Made by a program: the position numbers and the translations under genes. The notes beneath the pieces were generated by a model, which saw only the letters and a program-made list of their open reading frames with translations, was not told where the DNA came from and did no database searches. From positions 1 through 35,552 of the IMG/VR virus record IMGVR_UViG_3300020045_006710: a stretch of DNA of 35,552 nt; one strand, written 5' to 3'. Positions 15,807-24,829 of this stretch are shown one piece after another (position 1 is the stretch's first letter; each line of letters starts with the position of its first letter). Source of the DNA: a virus. Its lineage: Duplodnaviria > Caudoviricetes.

Positions 15807-17315
15807 TTATTTACTCATAAACTGTATGTATGATTCTTTATAGGCGGTATTTACGCCTGCTGAGTTCGTCGTGTAAATCTGGCATTGATTATTAGTTTTA
15901 AATGATGGCCCCGCCGCAGCTGAACCGGCAATAGTTAGCTGTCCAGATGTTCCGCACAGTGTGCCAAAAACGGCATAATCGGTATTTAAAAACGGAGTGG
16001 TTACAGTAAAGGTCAGGTCGCCAATCGCATTTTTAAAAATGCTAGTCATGTTGTAATGCTCTTTAATCCAGCATGGAATCGTTAAGCTGCCCGACCCGTC
16101 TGCTGTACCTGGACACGAAACTACAAAGCTGTTAGCGAGTGTAGAGGTGACGACATAAACGCCCGGAACTAATACGCCGGTTGATTGCAACCATGTAATC
16201 GCGCCAACACGTTTTTGATGCGCCGTTTCTGATACCGTACAAAACTGACTCGCTACTGTATAGCCTAGTGATGCTGATGTTACGCCGTCAAATGTCGCCC
16301 ATGCCTTACAGATGTTTTTTGATATAGGCTCATAGGTATCAGCAAACGCCTTGACGGACGTTATTGATTGATTGGCGGCAACTGATACGTAGTCGGCCAT
16401 GTTAACCGGCTTATGGTTGTAGATAATAAACCCATTTATCAGCGTTGAATATTCAACATCACCATACATGTCGTTGGATATGTCCGATCCTGATAGTGTC
16501 GTATACAAGCCCAGACCATTTAAATAGCGTATCGGCTTGGGTGGTAATCCGTTAATACTTAGCGTGATAGTTGCGCCGGATGTGCCGCTAAATCGCACTC
16601 TAAATCGCTGCCCGTCAATATAAGACGTAATGGCCGGATTGGCAGTGGCAACAAATACGCCAACTGTTCCTGTTGCTGTTATGGCGGTAAATGCTTGGTT
16701 TTGAATCGACGCCTTTAGTGTGTCGCTAATAAAATTAGGGTTTGTGCTAGGGTATGCTGGGTTTGTGAATCCGTAATAAACCGTTGAAATGGTCGCGTCA
16801 AGAACAAGTGAGTCGTTGGTAACAACTACTGTTGTTTTATTCAGTCCCGGCGAATAGGAGCTTGTCGATATTGTTGCGTAGTCAATTCCTCCGGCAACAG
16901 GTATTTTTACCCGGCGATTTACTGTAAATGTAGCCGTTTGGTCGCCAGCAACTGAAAAACTAGTTCCGCTAATATAGGTCGCGCTTGCGCTGAACAAAAG
17001 CCATTCATCCGTTACCGGATCCGGTACGTCATTTATGCCAACTATGTCGTAAACAGTGCGAATAGTATTGTCTAATGAGTCTTTTAACACGGCGGTATAG
17101 GTCAAGCCTTCGCCAAGCCAGATAGGCAATGACGGCTCGCCGCGCGTATTTAAAATAATGGGATTTGACTGAAAAGCCGAACCAAGCTGGTCGATGTACG
17201 TCGCTTGTGGCGTGGTGGTATGGTTTTGATACCAATAAAGCTTGCCGCCTGATAGCGGATTGCCGTTATTATCTAACTGAGCGTCATTAAATAAAGGCGA
17301 TAAAAAATAGGCCAT
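15807..17315 (-). CDS. Tail fibre / receptor-binding protein
   Basis: N-terminal D.NGNPLSGGKLY.Y...TTTP.ATY...NPIIL..RGE attachment domain; T/S/G/V-rich; KAWATFDG near C-terminus. Confidence 0.75.
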   Translation of the reverse strand: MAYFLSPLFNDAQLDNNGNPLSGGKLYWYQNHTTTPQATYIDQLGSAFQSNPIILNTRGEPSLPIWLGEGLTYTAVLKDSLDNTIRTVYDIVGINDVPDPVTDEWLLFSASATYISGTSFSVAGDQTATFTVNRRVKIPVAGGIDYATISTSSYSPGLNKTTVVVTNDSLVLDATISTVYYGFTNPAYPSTNPNFISDTLKASIQNQAFTAITATGTVGVFVATANPAITSYIDGQRFRVRFSGTSGATITLSINGLPPKPIRYLNGLGLYTTLSGSDISNDMYGDVEYSTLINGFIIYNHKPVNMADYVSVAANQSITSVKAFADTYEPISKNICKAWATFDGVTSASLGYTVASQFCTVSETAHQKRVGAITWLQSTGVLVPGVYVVTSTLANSFVVSCPGTADGSGSLTIPCWIKEHYNMTSIFKNAIGDLTFTVTTPFLNTDYAVFGTLCGTSGQLTIAGSAAAGPSFKTNNQCQIYTTNSAGVNTAYKESYIQFMSK

Positions 17316-17344
17316 GCTGTCGCCTCCCGGCGGTGGTTTTTTGA

Positions 17345-17356
17345 ATTATAACACTA
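17345..17356 (-). promoter_or_regulatory. Extended -10 promoter TAGTGTTATAAT upstream of tail fibre
   Basis: TGnTATAAT; identical 12-mer at 31270-31281. Confidence 0.6.
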
Positions 17357-17370
17357 TTTAGGCGCTAAAA

Positions 17371-18921
17371 CTATTTGTCTTGAAGCTTGCCTGATTGTTG
17401 CATTAGATTAATAAGGCTCGGACTAATAGCCTTTCTGGCTGATTTTGCCATTCGTGATCCGGCTCCTGCCGCATTGGCTAGCTCACCAACTAGGCGCGGT
17501 GATTGCATGGCAATTAACGGGATTGCCGCCGCATTGCCTGTCATTAATCCATAAATACCAGCGCCGCCAGTGGTTAGCGATCCAAGGCCACGCGCCGAAT
17601 AGGCGCTTAATGCTTGACCGGCTAATGATGGCAACAACTCATTTCCGCCTTGATCTTGCAGCGTCCTGACAAGTTCTGATCGATTGCCATAGTTGGTGTT
17701 TACGTTGTTGCGCATGACAGACTGTAGTCTGCGCATGGCTGTGTCTGCTGACGATCTGTCGCCAAGACTAAGCGCTTTTTGTATCTCGGTGATGCTGTCT
17801 TGTGCCTCGCTATAGTCCTTCATGACCTTGGCGTAATCAGGCGCTTGATCGGTAATCGCTTCTTTTATGCCGTGATAGACATCTTTGCCGACCATTTGGG
17901 CTTGGCGATGCTCATACGGCACTTTTTCAAGTAATGCGCCGATACGCTGTTTTAGTGTGTCAAACCCTTCAACGTCATGGACACCAGCGCCTCGCGCCTT
18001 ATGGTCGTCAACCTCTTTACGCATGGCGTTAAGCAGATTATACGCCTCGTCGTTTTTGGGGATGCCTCTATCTGTTATCTTGTCCAGTGCGCCATTTACA
18101 GAGTCATCTATCTTGGTAAAATCAAGCGTTGTTCTGTCGCTGGTGACGGGTGCAATGTCGCGCTTGTAAACCTCGCTGGCCTGTTTGCGCATATTGCCAA
18201 GATTTAATCGAGCTGCGTCTAAAACGTCTTGCGGGTTAGTATTTCTGCGCAAGTTGTCAATGAATGCTTTTTGCGACGCTCCGCCCCGCTCAGCGGCTTT
18301 TGCTGCCTCGATAATTGGATCTGCTCCGGTGTGCGTGCCTAAGCCGCTTCCAGATATTAACGCGGCTGTTTTTCCTGCTTTTGGCAAGACCTTGCCTGTG
18401 GCATCAAGCGCTGCATTAATAGGCTCGATGGCTCTGCCGATTGCGCCTAGTTTTGGAGCCGCCAAGCCGCCAAGCATTAATACACTAGACAAGTCGCCAG
18501 CCATTCCAACCGGGTCAGTATAGGCGGTATTCTTTATCTGCTCTAATCCGCCATAGCGATTCTTAGCGCCTTCAATTACTTTATCTACTGCCACATTGCG
18601 GTTAGCGATAACGTCTTTATTGCCAAGATCCGCCAGCGAATGCGGCGAATCGTTAGGCGAGTCGGGCAATGCTCTACCAAGCAAGCCGCCGCCTATCTGC
18701 ACTGCGCCTGCAATGGTATCGAACGGATGCGTAGCAACTTGCGCCAAGCCTTGCGCGGTATTTTTTACATAATTTGCGCCGGATGTGCCTAGGTTTTCAA
18801 TAAATGATGACTCAGGTTCGTCTTGTTGCTGGACTGGTGCTTTGCTGGATTTAAACTTAGCGGCCTTATCTTCAAGCTCTGCTAATCGACGTAATGCAAT
18901 CAGTTCTTCTCTGTCACTCAT
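17371..18921 (-). CDS. DNA ejection/transfer protein (third)
   Basis: Position after two other ejection genes; A/G-rich helical; SPRLVGE C-terminal motif. Confidence 0.65.
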   Translation of the reverse strand: MSDREELIALRRLAELEDKAAKFKSSKAPVQQQDEPESSFIENLGTSGANYVKNTAQGLAQVATHPFDTIAGAVQIGGGLLGRALPDSPNDSPHSLADLGNKDVIANRNVAVDKVIEGAKNRYGGLEQIKNTAYTDPVGMAGDLSSVLMLGGLAAPKLGAIGRAIEPINAALDATGKVLPKAGKTAALISGSGLGTHTGADPIIEAAKAAERGGASQKAFIDNLRRNTNPQDVLDAARLNLGNMRKQASEVYKRDIAPVTSDRTTLDFTKIDDSVNGALDKITDRGIPKNDEAYNLLNAMRKEVDDHKARGAGVHDVEGFDTLKQRIGALLEKVPYEHRQAQMVGKDVYHGIKEAITDQAPDYAKVMKDYSEAQDSITEIQKALSLGDRSSADTAMRRLQSVMRNNVNTNYGNRSELVRTLQDQGGNELLPSLAGQALSAYSARGLGSLTTGGAGIYGLMTGNAAAIPLIAMQSPRLVGELANAAGAGSRMAKSARKAISPSLINLMQQSGKLQDK

Positions 18922-20534
18922 CGTTTAAACCTCGCTTTAAGCTCGCCGAGTTCTTTTTTCTCGGCATCGGTTAGGCCTCCTTCGCTACCGGATGGGCCGC
19001 TAGTAGTCTGTCGACTAGATTGCTCGCCTCTGCCTTTTACCGTTTTAATACGATCCTCAACATCTGCAATTGCTTGGTAAATATCGTTTATATTTTGCGC
19101 CTTTTCCATAATGCCGACCTGTTGAGCAATGTAGTCTCTATCGGCATTTGATACGCCTGTACCCAGCGAGCCATTCATTAGCCCTAAAACCATGCTGGCG
19201 GCTTCTTTTTTGACACCATGCAGGTTCTGCGCTTTCTGGTTTGGCATGCCGTATTCATACAGTGTATCTTTAGCTCTATCAATAGGATCGCTATTTAATA
19301 TCATACGTTGTTTTGGCGGTATCAGTCTGCCAGAATCATTCCTGACCGGCTCGCCGTCTTTATATAGATATTTCATAATAGACTTAAGCGACTCGTCAAG
19401 CTTAGTAACGCCTTGCAGCTCCTGCTGTCTTGTCTGTGCGGCTTTTTGCTTTGTCTCTATATCTGCTTTTTCTTGTGCTATTTCGCCTGATTTTTTAACC
19501 TCAATATCTGCCTTATCCTGCAATGATGGGCCTTTGATACCTGCACGAGCCATTACCTTGTCGGCATATTGCACCGCCTCCGGCTTATTTGCTCCGCCTT
19601 CACCTTGATTATAGGCTTGCAAAGCCATCTTATAGGCTTGTTTTTCTGGCATGCCCTGTTCAGTGTATTTGTCCATCAATCCAAGCAAGTAATCGGCCCC
19701 ACCTCTCACTTGGTCGCGAATAGACTTTAGATTGATTGGCTTTACGCCATAGCCAGGATCTCGTGCAGTGCTTGGCAAGATTTGCGTCGCACCGACTGCG
19801 CCAGTTGGCGATACGGCATCCGGGTTGTAATCTGACTCTACGCCCATTAAGCCATGCAGTGTATTAAATGCATCGCCACCACCAACCGCATCACCAGCGC
19901 GCATGGGTGCGACTGCTCCAGTTTCGTCGGTAACGTCCATTATCTTTTCTTCTTGCTTGGCTCGTTCTCTTAAACGGATAGCTTCCGGGCTGTATTGCGC
20001 GCTGCCGACAATGGGCTGTCCTGTTTGCTCATCCGGCACGGCCCCGGCCAATCCTGTCGCCTTATTGAATCGGCGCATATTGCCGTTTGCATCATAGCCC
20101 AGTACGTAATTGTCTTTATTACGCCCACCATCGGCCATCTGCGCCAACGTGCGCAAGGCTTGTTCGTCTGCCGGGTTGGTCAGCATTTCAGGTTTGTTAA
20201 ATAGCTTGGCAAGTTGTGGCCTAAGAGGCGCGACTATCTGTTCAAGTGCTTGCTGCCTGCGCGGATCGCCTTCCGGTATATTCATGCCGTCCAAGCGTGA
20301 CATGGTAGCTGCTGCCATTTTTTGTATCAGCGCATGCTTGCTATCCATTGCACCAGTCTCGGCATCATCCGCTTTAGCTGCTCTTATACGGTTATCATAT
20401 TCCTGTTCCTGTGGCGCTGCGTCTATTTTTTGCTGGTTTAGTAGCTGCTGCTGGTTTCGGTTAGCAAGCTCAGAGTATTGATTGGCATACTCAACCATTG
20501 AAACAGGATGTACTTTTGGTGTTGGGAATTGCAT
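18918..20534 (-). CDS. DNA ejection protein with soluble lytic transglycosylase domain
   Basis: ES.YNP.AVS..GA.G..QI.P.TA, GADYL, ALQAYNQG; start moved to ATG 20534. Confidence 0.8.
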   Translation of the reverse strand: MQFPTPKVHPVSMVEYANQYSELANRNQQQLLNQQKIDAAPQEQEYDNRIRAAKADDAETGAMDSKHALIQKMAAATMSRLDGMNIPEGDPRRQQALEQIVAPLRPQLAKLFNKPEMLTNPADEQALRTLAQMADGGRNKDNYVLGYDANGNMRRFNKATGLAGAVPDEQTGQPIVGSAQYSPEAIRLRERAKQEEKIMDVTDETGAVAPMRAGDAVGGGDAFNTLHGLMGVESDYNPDAVSPTGAVGATQILPSTARDPGYGVKPINLKSIRDQVRGGADYLLGLMDKYTEQGMPEKQAYKMALQAYNQGEGGANKPEAVQYADKVMARAGIKGPSLQDKADIEVKKSGEIAQEKADIETKQKAAQTRQQELQGVTKLDESLKSIMKYLYKDGEPVRNDSGRLIPPKQRMILNSDPIDRAKDTLYEYGMPNQKAQNLHGVKKEAASMVLGLMNGSLGTGVSNADRDYIAQQVGIMEKAQNINDIYQAIADVEDRIKTVKGRGEQSSRQTTSGPSGSEGGLTDAEKKELGELKARFKR

Positions 20535-20535
20535 G

Positions 20536-21597
20536 TTATACACCTGCCTTTGGTAAATTTGTTGCCCCACCCATTGCGCCGCCAAGCTTGCCCATCATGG
20601 TTGGGTTGCCAGATACGGCACCTAAGCCTTGATTGATGCCGTTACCTATGCCTGTATACATATCAGCTTGGTTTTGACCTTGTGCCAGCGCTAAGTCGGC
20701 TTGTTGCTGACCTAAATTACCATCAACACCGGCCAGTAATTGTGCTCCTTGCATTTGATAGCCGCCCTGTTGCCCGGCTGCGCTTTGTCCGTTATTCGCC
20801 ATAGATTGCAAGCGGGTAAACTTATTGGTCTTGTTGGTTGTGTCTCGTGCAAATGCGTTTTGGTAGGCTTGTTGCGCACGAGTGTAGGCGTTGTTGTATT
20901 CGGTTGACGCGAACTCAGACCCGTAGTTGTTCAATGATTTTAGCTGTGCGCCGGATAACAACGATCCACGCGCTGACGCGCTGTTGTTGGCTGAGTCTAA
21001 GCCTTGTTTTAGTCTAAACTGATAGCCCGGCGTGGCTTGCAGATCTTCCAGGGTATTAACGAACGGAGTATATCCTGGGTCGTTTTTGTAATCTTCCATG
21101 CCAAAATCTTTAACCAGATTCCCGGCATTGGGATTGGTTGACTCGCCTAAGCCATTGGTTTGATTTTTCTGATTCAGGTATTCGCGACTTGCGGCCTGAT
21201 ACGCTTGGCGCATCTTGTTGTTCGCTGTCCAGCTCTTGCCCTTTGGGTTGTATTTGGCTAGGATGGCTTGCCATGCTGGGTCGTCCGTTTTAATACGCTT
21301 GTTTGCGGTCGGAACATCGCCCTGGCCATAGCTACCACCAAGTCCCATTTGCTGTGACAATTCATCAAGCGCAGACCGACCAACCTTTGAATAAGGTTGT
21401 AAATAGCCTGTGGCAGTCTTTACGCCTGAATTAACATCCTTTCTGGCCTGTGCTGCCGCCGCCGCTGCCGCCTGACCTGCTGCGCTGTTTGCGTCGGCCT
21501 GTGCACCAGCGCTAGCCATTGATGTGCCGATTGATGCTGCTGCCGATGCCGCTGACGCTGCTGCTGCTATTGCACCGGCTGATATTCCAGCTGACAT
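20536..21597 (-). CDS. DNA ejection protein (P22 gp7-like pilot)
   Basis: Ala/Gly-rich N-terminus, LQPY...G, PGYQFR..QG...SA.ARG.L.SG..L motif. Confidence 0.75.
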   Translation of the reverse strand: MSAGISAGAIAAAASAASAAASIGTSMASAGAQADANSAAGQAAAAAAAQARKDVNSGVKTATGYLQPYSKVGRSALDELSQQMGLGGSYGQGDVPTANKRIKTDDPAWQAILAKYNPKGKSWTANNKMRQAYQAASREYLNQKNQTNGLGESTNPNAGNLVKDFGMEDYKNDPGYTPFVNTLEDLQATPGYQFRLKQGLDSANNSASARGSLLSGAQLKSLNNYGSEFASTEYNNAYTRAQQAYQNAFARDTTNKTNKFTRLQSMANNGQSAAGQQGGYQMQGAQLLAGVDGNLGQQQADLALAQGQNQADMYTGIGNGINQGLGAVSGNPTMMGKLGGAMGGATNLPKAGV

Positions 21598-21598
21598 A

Positions 21599-22435
21599 TT
21601 ATCGCCTCTTTACCAATTCGTTTATCCATGAAATATCACCGTCATGCATTGACGCTGCGGATATTTCGTCTTTGTCCGTCAATTCTGTGGCATGGATAGT
21701 TGTAAATACTGTGTCAGTATGTGCATATCCAAGTTTTTTAATACCTGCTTTTGTTTCAAATATGGCCGGGGCTGTTATGCGCTGGTAGCCATTGTCCGTT
21801 ATAACGCTAATGTCGCCCTGTGAAACAATGCAAAAATGATCTTCATTATGGATCTTTCCTGTTAAGGCGACACCGGCAGGGATTGTCATTTCCCTAGCAT
21901 ACATGCCGCCAAAAACAAATTCACGAATGGGTAGTTCATCGACAATGTTATTGCCTCTCAACAAGCAATATTCGACAACTTCTGTTATTTGTCGATAAGT
22001 CATACCGCTAGTGTCTATTCCATAAGACCTGATAAGCGCCGGAAGGTAATTATTAACCGGCTCCAGGCCTGCGCCATTAACTGACATAGCTTGCCGGTAG
22101 TCAATAGTAATCTCATCGCCTTTGTTTATGTTGAATGTGGCTATTAAGTGTAAGTCGCCATTGTCCAGCGGAAAAAACTGTGCATTTGGTTTGTCGCTAT
22201 GGTTGACATAGCGCCCGGCAATGGTTCTTTTGCCATTTAAACGAGCTGGTGCGATTAGCGTATGCTCGGCAATGTCTTTCATTGCAAATGCGCCTAATCC
22301 ATGAATAAGCGACTCTTTTAACTCTATATCGTAAACACCATCAAGATCGCACTGGTCATCGGTATTTTGAACAAGCGATTGTACATAATCTTCCGTTAAT
22401 CCGTACTCGTGCAAAAAAGCCTGATAATCGCTCAT
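21599..22435 (-). CDS. SET-domain methyltransferase fused to cupin-like domain
   Basis: SET: S.IHGLGAFA..DI, GRYVNHS..PNA, I.KGDEITIDY; cupin: GMYAREMTIPAG..LTGKIH..DH...KKLGYAHTDTVF.TIH. Confidence 0.85.
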   Translation of the reverse strand: MSDYQAFLHEYGLTEDYVQSLVQNTDDQCDLDGVYDIELKESLIHGLGAFAMKDIAEHTLIAPARLNGKRTIAGRYVNHSDKPNAQFFPLDNGDLHLIATFNINKGDEITIDYRQAMSVNGAGLEPVNNYLPALIRSYGIDTSGMTYRQITEVVEYCLLRGNNIVDELPIREFVFGGMYAREMTIPAGVALTGKIHNEDHFCIVSQGDISVITDNGYQRITAPAIFETKAGIKKLGYAHTDTVFTTIHATELTDKDEISAASMHDGDISWINELVKRR

Positions 22436-22653
22436 ACAACACGCTGCTTGACAACTGAACCTGTTCTATAGTAGCCATAAATCGGCAATCCTGCAAGCTG
22501 TGCGGCGGTATCATCCGCATGTTCCGGCAATGCTTCGCCGGAGCTTGGCAACTGCTTCAAAAAGGTAAATAACAGGGTAAAATAAGACATCCAGGCCATA
22601 GGCATGGAAGGCGTGTAAAGAGACTGTTTAATGGGTGCTTGAGGGGCTTTCAT
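22432..22653 (-). CDS. Small tail-associated protein (gp26 needle position)
   Basis: Follows gp10-like gene; W..YF..L motif; ATGA overlaps. Confidence 0.55.
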   Translation of the reverse strand: MKAPQAPIKQSLYTPSMPMAWMSYFTLLFTFLKQLPSSGEALPEHADDTAAQLAGLPIYGYYRTGSVVKQRVV

Positions 22654-24083
22654 TTGTTTAACTCCAAACCTTCAATAACTGCGCCAATTATAACAAATTT
22701 AACCGGATCTGTAACGCGAATACGGAATACCCAATCACGAGCCATTCCAAGTCTACGCCATTCTGCCCGGCTAATGTACTGGCCTATCTTGCCAAAATGG
22801 GTGACTCGCTCGCCGCCAAACGTATGGCCGTTGTCGCGCGATATTTGCAAAGCGACTTTAGGGTCGCTGCCTTGTCCGGTATTTAATCCTACACCGCCTT
22901 CCATATCGACGCGCAGTCGGGATATAGTCATGCGGTTACGACTTGCCGCAAAGACATGCGATCCTGTTATCTGGCGCGTAATCATTTCGCCATTGTCGGT
23001 GTAGTTATTTTGGTCGAGCCGGTATATGTGGCCGTTTTCGTAATCCGACACAATAAATTTACGGTCAAACGCTACGCCAATTTCAACACGATGCCGATTC
23101 AATTCGCCTGTTGTTAACTGGCTCCAGGATTGTGATTCTGCCTCGTATAACCATGTGACATCCTCACTAGGGAAGGTAATTTCATAGAAAGATTTGCCAT
23201 TCATGGAATAGCCAAACCCGGTGGCATCGCCGGTCGTTCCGTACTGATTAATAATGTAAGTCATATCGTCATTACTAACCGGCGTTACCGTGTAACCGTC
23301 AATCATGCATATTTGCAATTGGCCGGTCTTGTTGCGGAATAAACCGATCAAATAACCATTGCATTTACTGAGTGACCATCTGGCGGCTAAGCCTGACTCG
23401 GAAGGCGTGGCATTGATACGGGCAAATGGGAATAACAATTCGCCGCTGTTTTGCCAAAACTCAACAGACACTTCGCCAAGCAGCACCAAGATACCTTTAT
23501 CAGCAACAACAGCGGTTATATTGTCCGGGGTGCTTTCAGCCGTGGCAAAGTCAAGGCCATCCCAGGCTAGACCGTCATACAATCCAGAGATAAAAAACTG
23601 GCCCGTGCCTGGGCGGTTAATAATAAATCGACCATCTAAAAAAGTGCAGGTATCGGCCAATTGGCCGTCATAAGAGATAATTCCTGTTAGACTACTTAAT
23701 ACGCCTGTTTCGGTGTTATATACAAATGCAAACTTGCCGGTAACACACAACAGCTCTTTGCCATTGTTTGCCATCGATACACGGTTGTTAATATCAATAC
23801 CAGAGTCAAAACATAATTCCGGCACGCCATCGGCAGGCACTTTATATAAGGCTCCGCCTTGGAACACAAACAACAGGTTTAAATTTTGCATCCAATGCAG
23901 CCCATAGGTTTTATTTGCGCTTGGCTTGCAAAACAGTGTTAGCCCAGGCGTACCAACTGCCGATACAGTGGTTTTGTCATTGTCGACTTGCTGGTCGTAA
24001 AAGCAATTAAGCCTGTGCGCTGCGGTAACGTTGCTTGAGCGGCTTTTTAATCCTAGTCCAAACAGATTTATAGGGCTTGTCAT
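22650..24083 (-). CDS. P22 gp10-like tail hub / DNA stabilisation protein
   Basis: GTPGL, SMANNG, FLDGRF, FATAESTPD, S.D.GHTF...G..G.Y..R..WRRLG..R..VF.I..TDPV. Confidence 0.85.
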   Translation of the reverse strand: MTSPINLFGLGLKSRSSNVTAAHRLNCFYDQQVDNDKTTVSAVGTPGLTLFCKPSANKTYGLHWMQNLNLLFVFQGGALYKVPADGVPELCFDSGIDINNRVSMANNGKELLCVTGKFAFVYNTETGVLSSLTGIISYDGQLADTCTFLDGRFIINRPGTGQFFISGLYDGLAWDGLDFATAESTPDNITAVVADKGILVLLGEVSVEFWQNSGELLFPFARINATPSESGLAARWSLSKCNGYLIGLFRNKTGQLQICMIDGYTVTPVSNDDMTYIINQYGTTGDATGFGYSMNGKSFYEITFPSEDVTWLYEAESQSWSQLTTGELNRHRVEIGVAFDRKFIVSDYENGHIYRLDQNNYTDNGEMITRQITGSHVFAASRNRMTISRLRVDMEGGVGLNTGQGSDPKVALQISRDNGHTFGGERVTHFGKIGQYISRAEWRRLGMARDWVFRIRVTDPVKFVIIGAVIEGLELNK

Positions 24084-24829
24084 TAGCTGCCTCGATAAAT
24101 ATTAAACCGACTAGACCGTGAATTAGACATAATTCCGGCGTCAACCTGCTGTGTAATCATGCGCTTGTTAGTGCGCTTGATGCCTGATTTAGCCTCCATT
24201 AACAGACGTTTAACATCTTCGCCAGCGCTGGTCTGATACTCCGGAGCAAGCTCGACCGCTAGTTGATATTTTAGCGCACGAGCTGCGCCAGGCTGTAAGT
24301 CTACTATGTCGTTAAGATTGGCAAAGGCAATAAAAGGCTTGCGAGAGTATAGGGTAATGGTCGATGTTGCGCCGGGGATTGGATAAAGGTACAGCGTTGC
24401 TAACGGATAAGTGGCATCCAGGTAAAAGTAATCGGCGTAAGTTGCTACGATTAAGCTTTTCAGCCGCACCATTGCCCAATCATCATAAGCCATCGGCTTA
24501 ATCGGAAAGTCCGCGCCGTTAATACTGATCGTTGCCGCTTCAATGGCTATTGGACGGATGGTGTTAAAATCACCGCCTATGCCTATTGTATAGGGGTTAT
24601 GCCCAGCAATGAGCGGGAATGACTCTTTAGTGACATGGGACACCATGAGTGATTCATTAGCCCAGGCCCCCCCAATAATGGAGTTTAAACAGTCCAGGGC
24701 ATCGTTTGCTTCGCTGTCCGTTATGACCACGTCATCAGCAAGCACTTGTAACAAGCGCAAGCTGCTTTTTATAATATCCAGCGCGGTTGTACTGGTCGCT
24801 GTGGTATAGGTATCAACAATGATAGTCAT
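24083..24829 (-). CDS. P22 gp4-like head-to-tail adaptor
   Basis: TALDII..SLRLL.V......E..DAL..LN; AL.Y.LA.ELAPEY. Confidence 0.75.
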   Translation of the reverse strand: MTIIVDTYTTATSTTALDIIKSSLRLLQVLADDVVITDSEANDALDCLNSIIGGAWANESLMVSHVTKESFPLIAGHNPYTIGIGGDFNTIRPIAIEAATISINGADFPIKPMAYDDWAMVRLKSLIVATYADYFYLDATYPLATLYLYPIPGATSTITLYSRKPFIAFANLNDIVDLQPGAARALKYQLAVELAPEYQTSAGEDVKRLLMEAKSGIKRTNKRMITQQVDAGIMSNSRSSRFNIYRGS

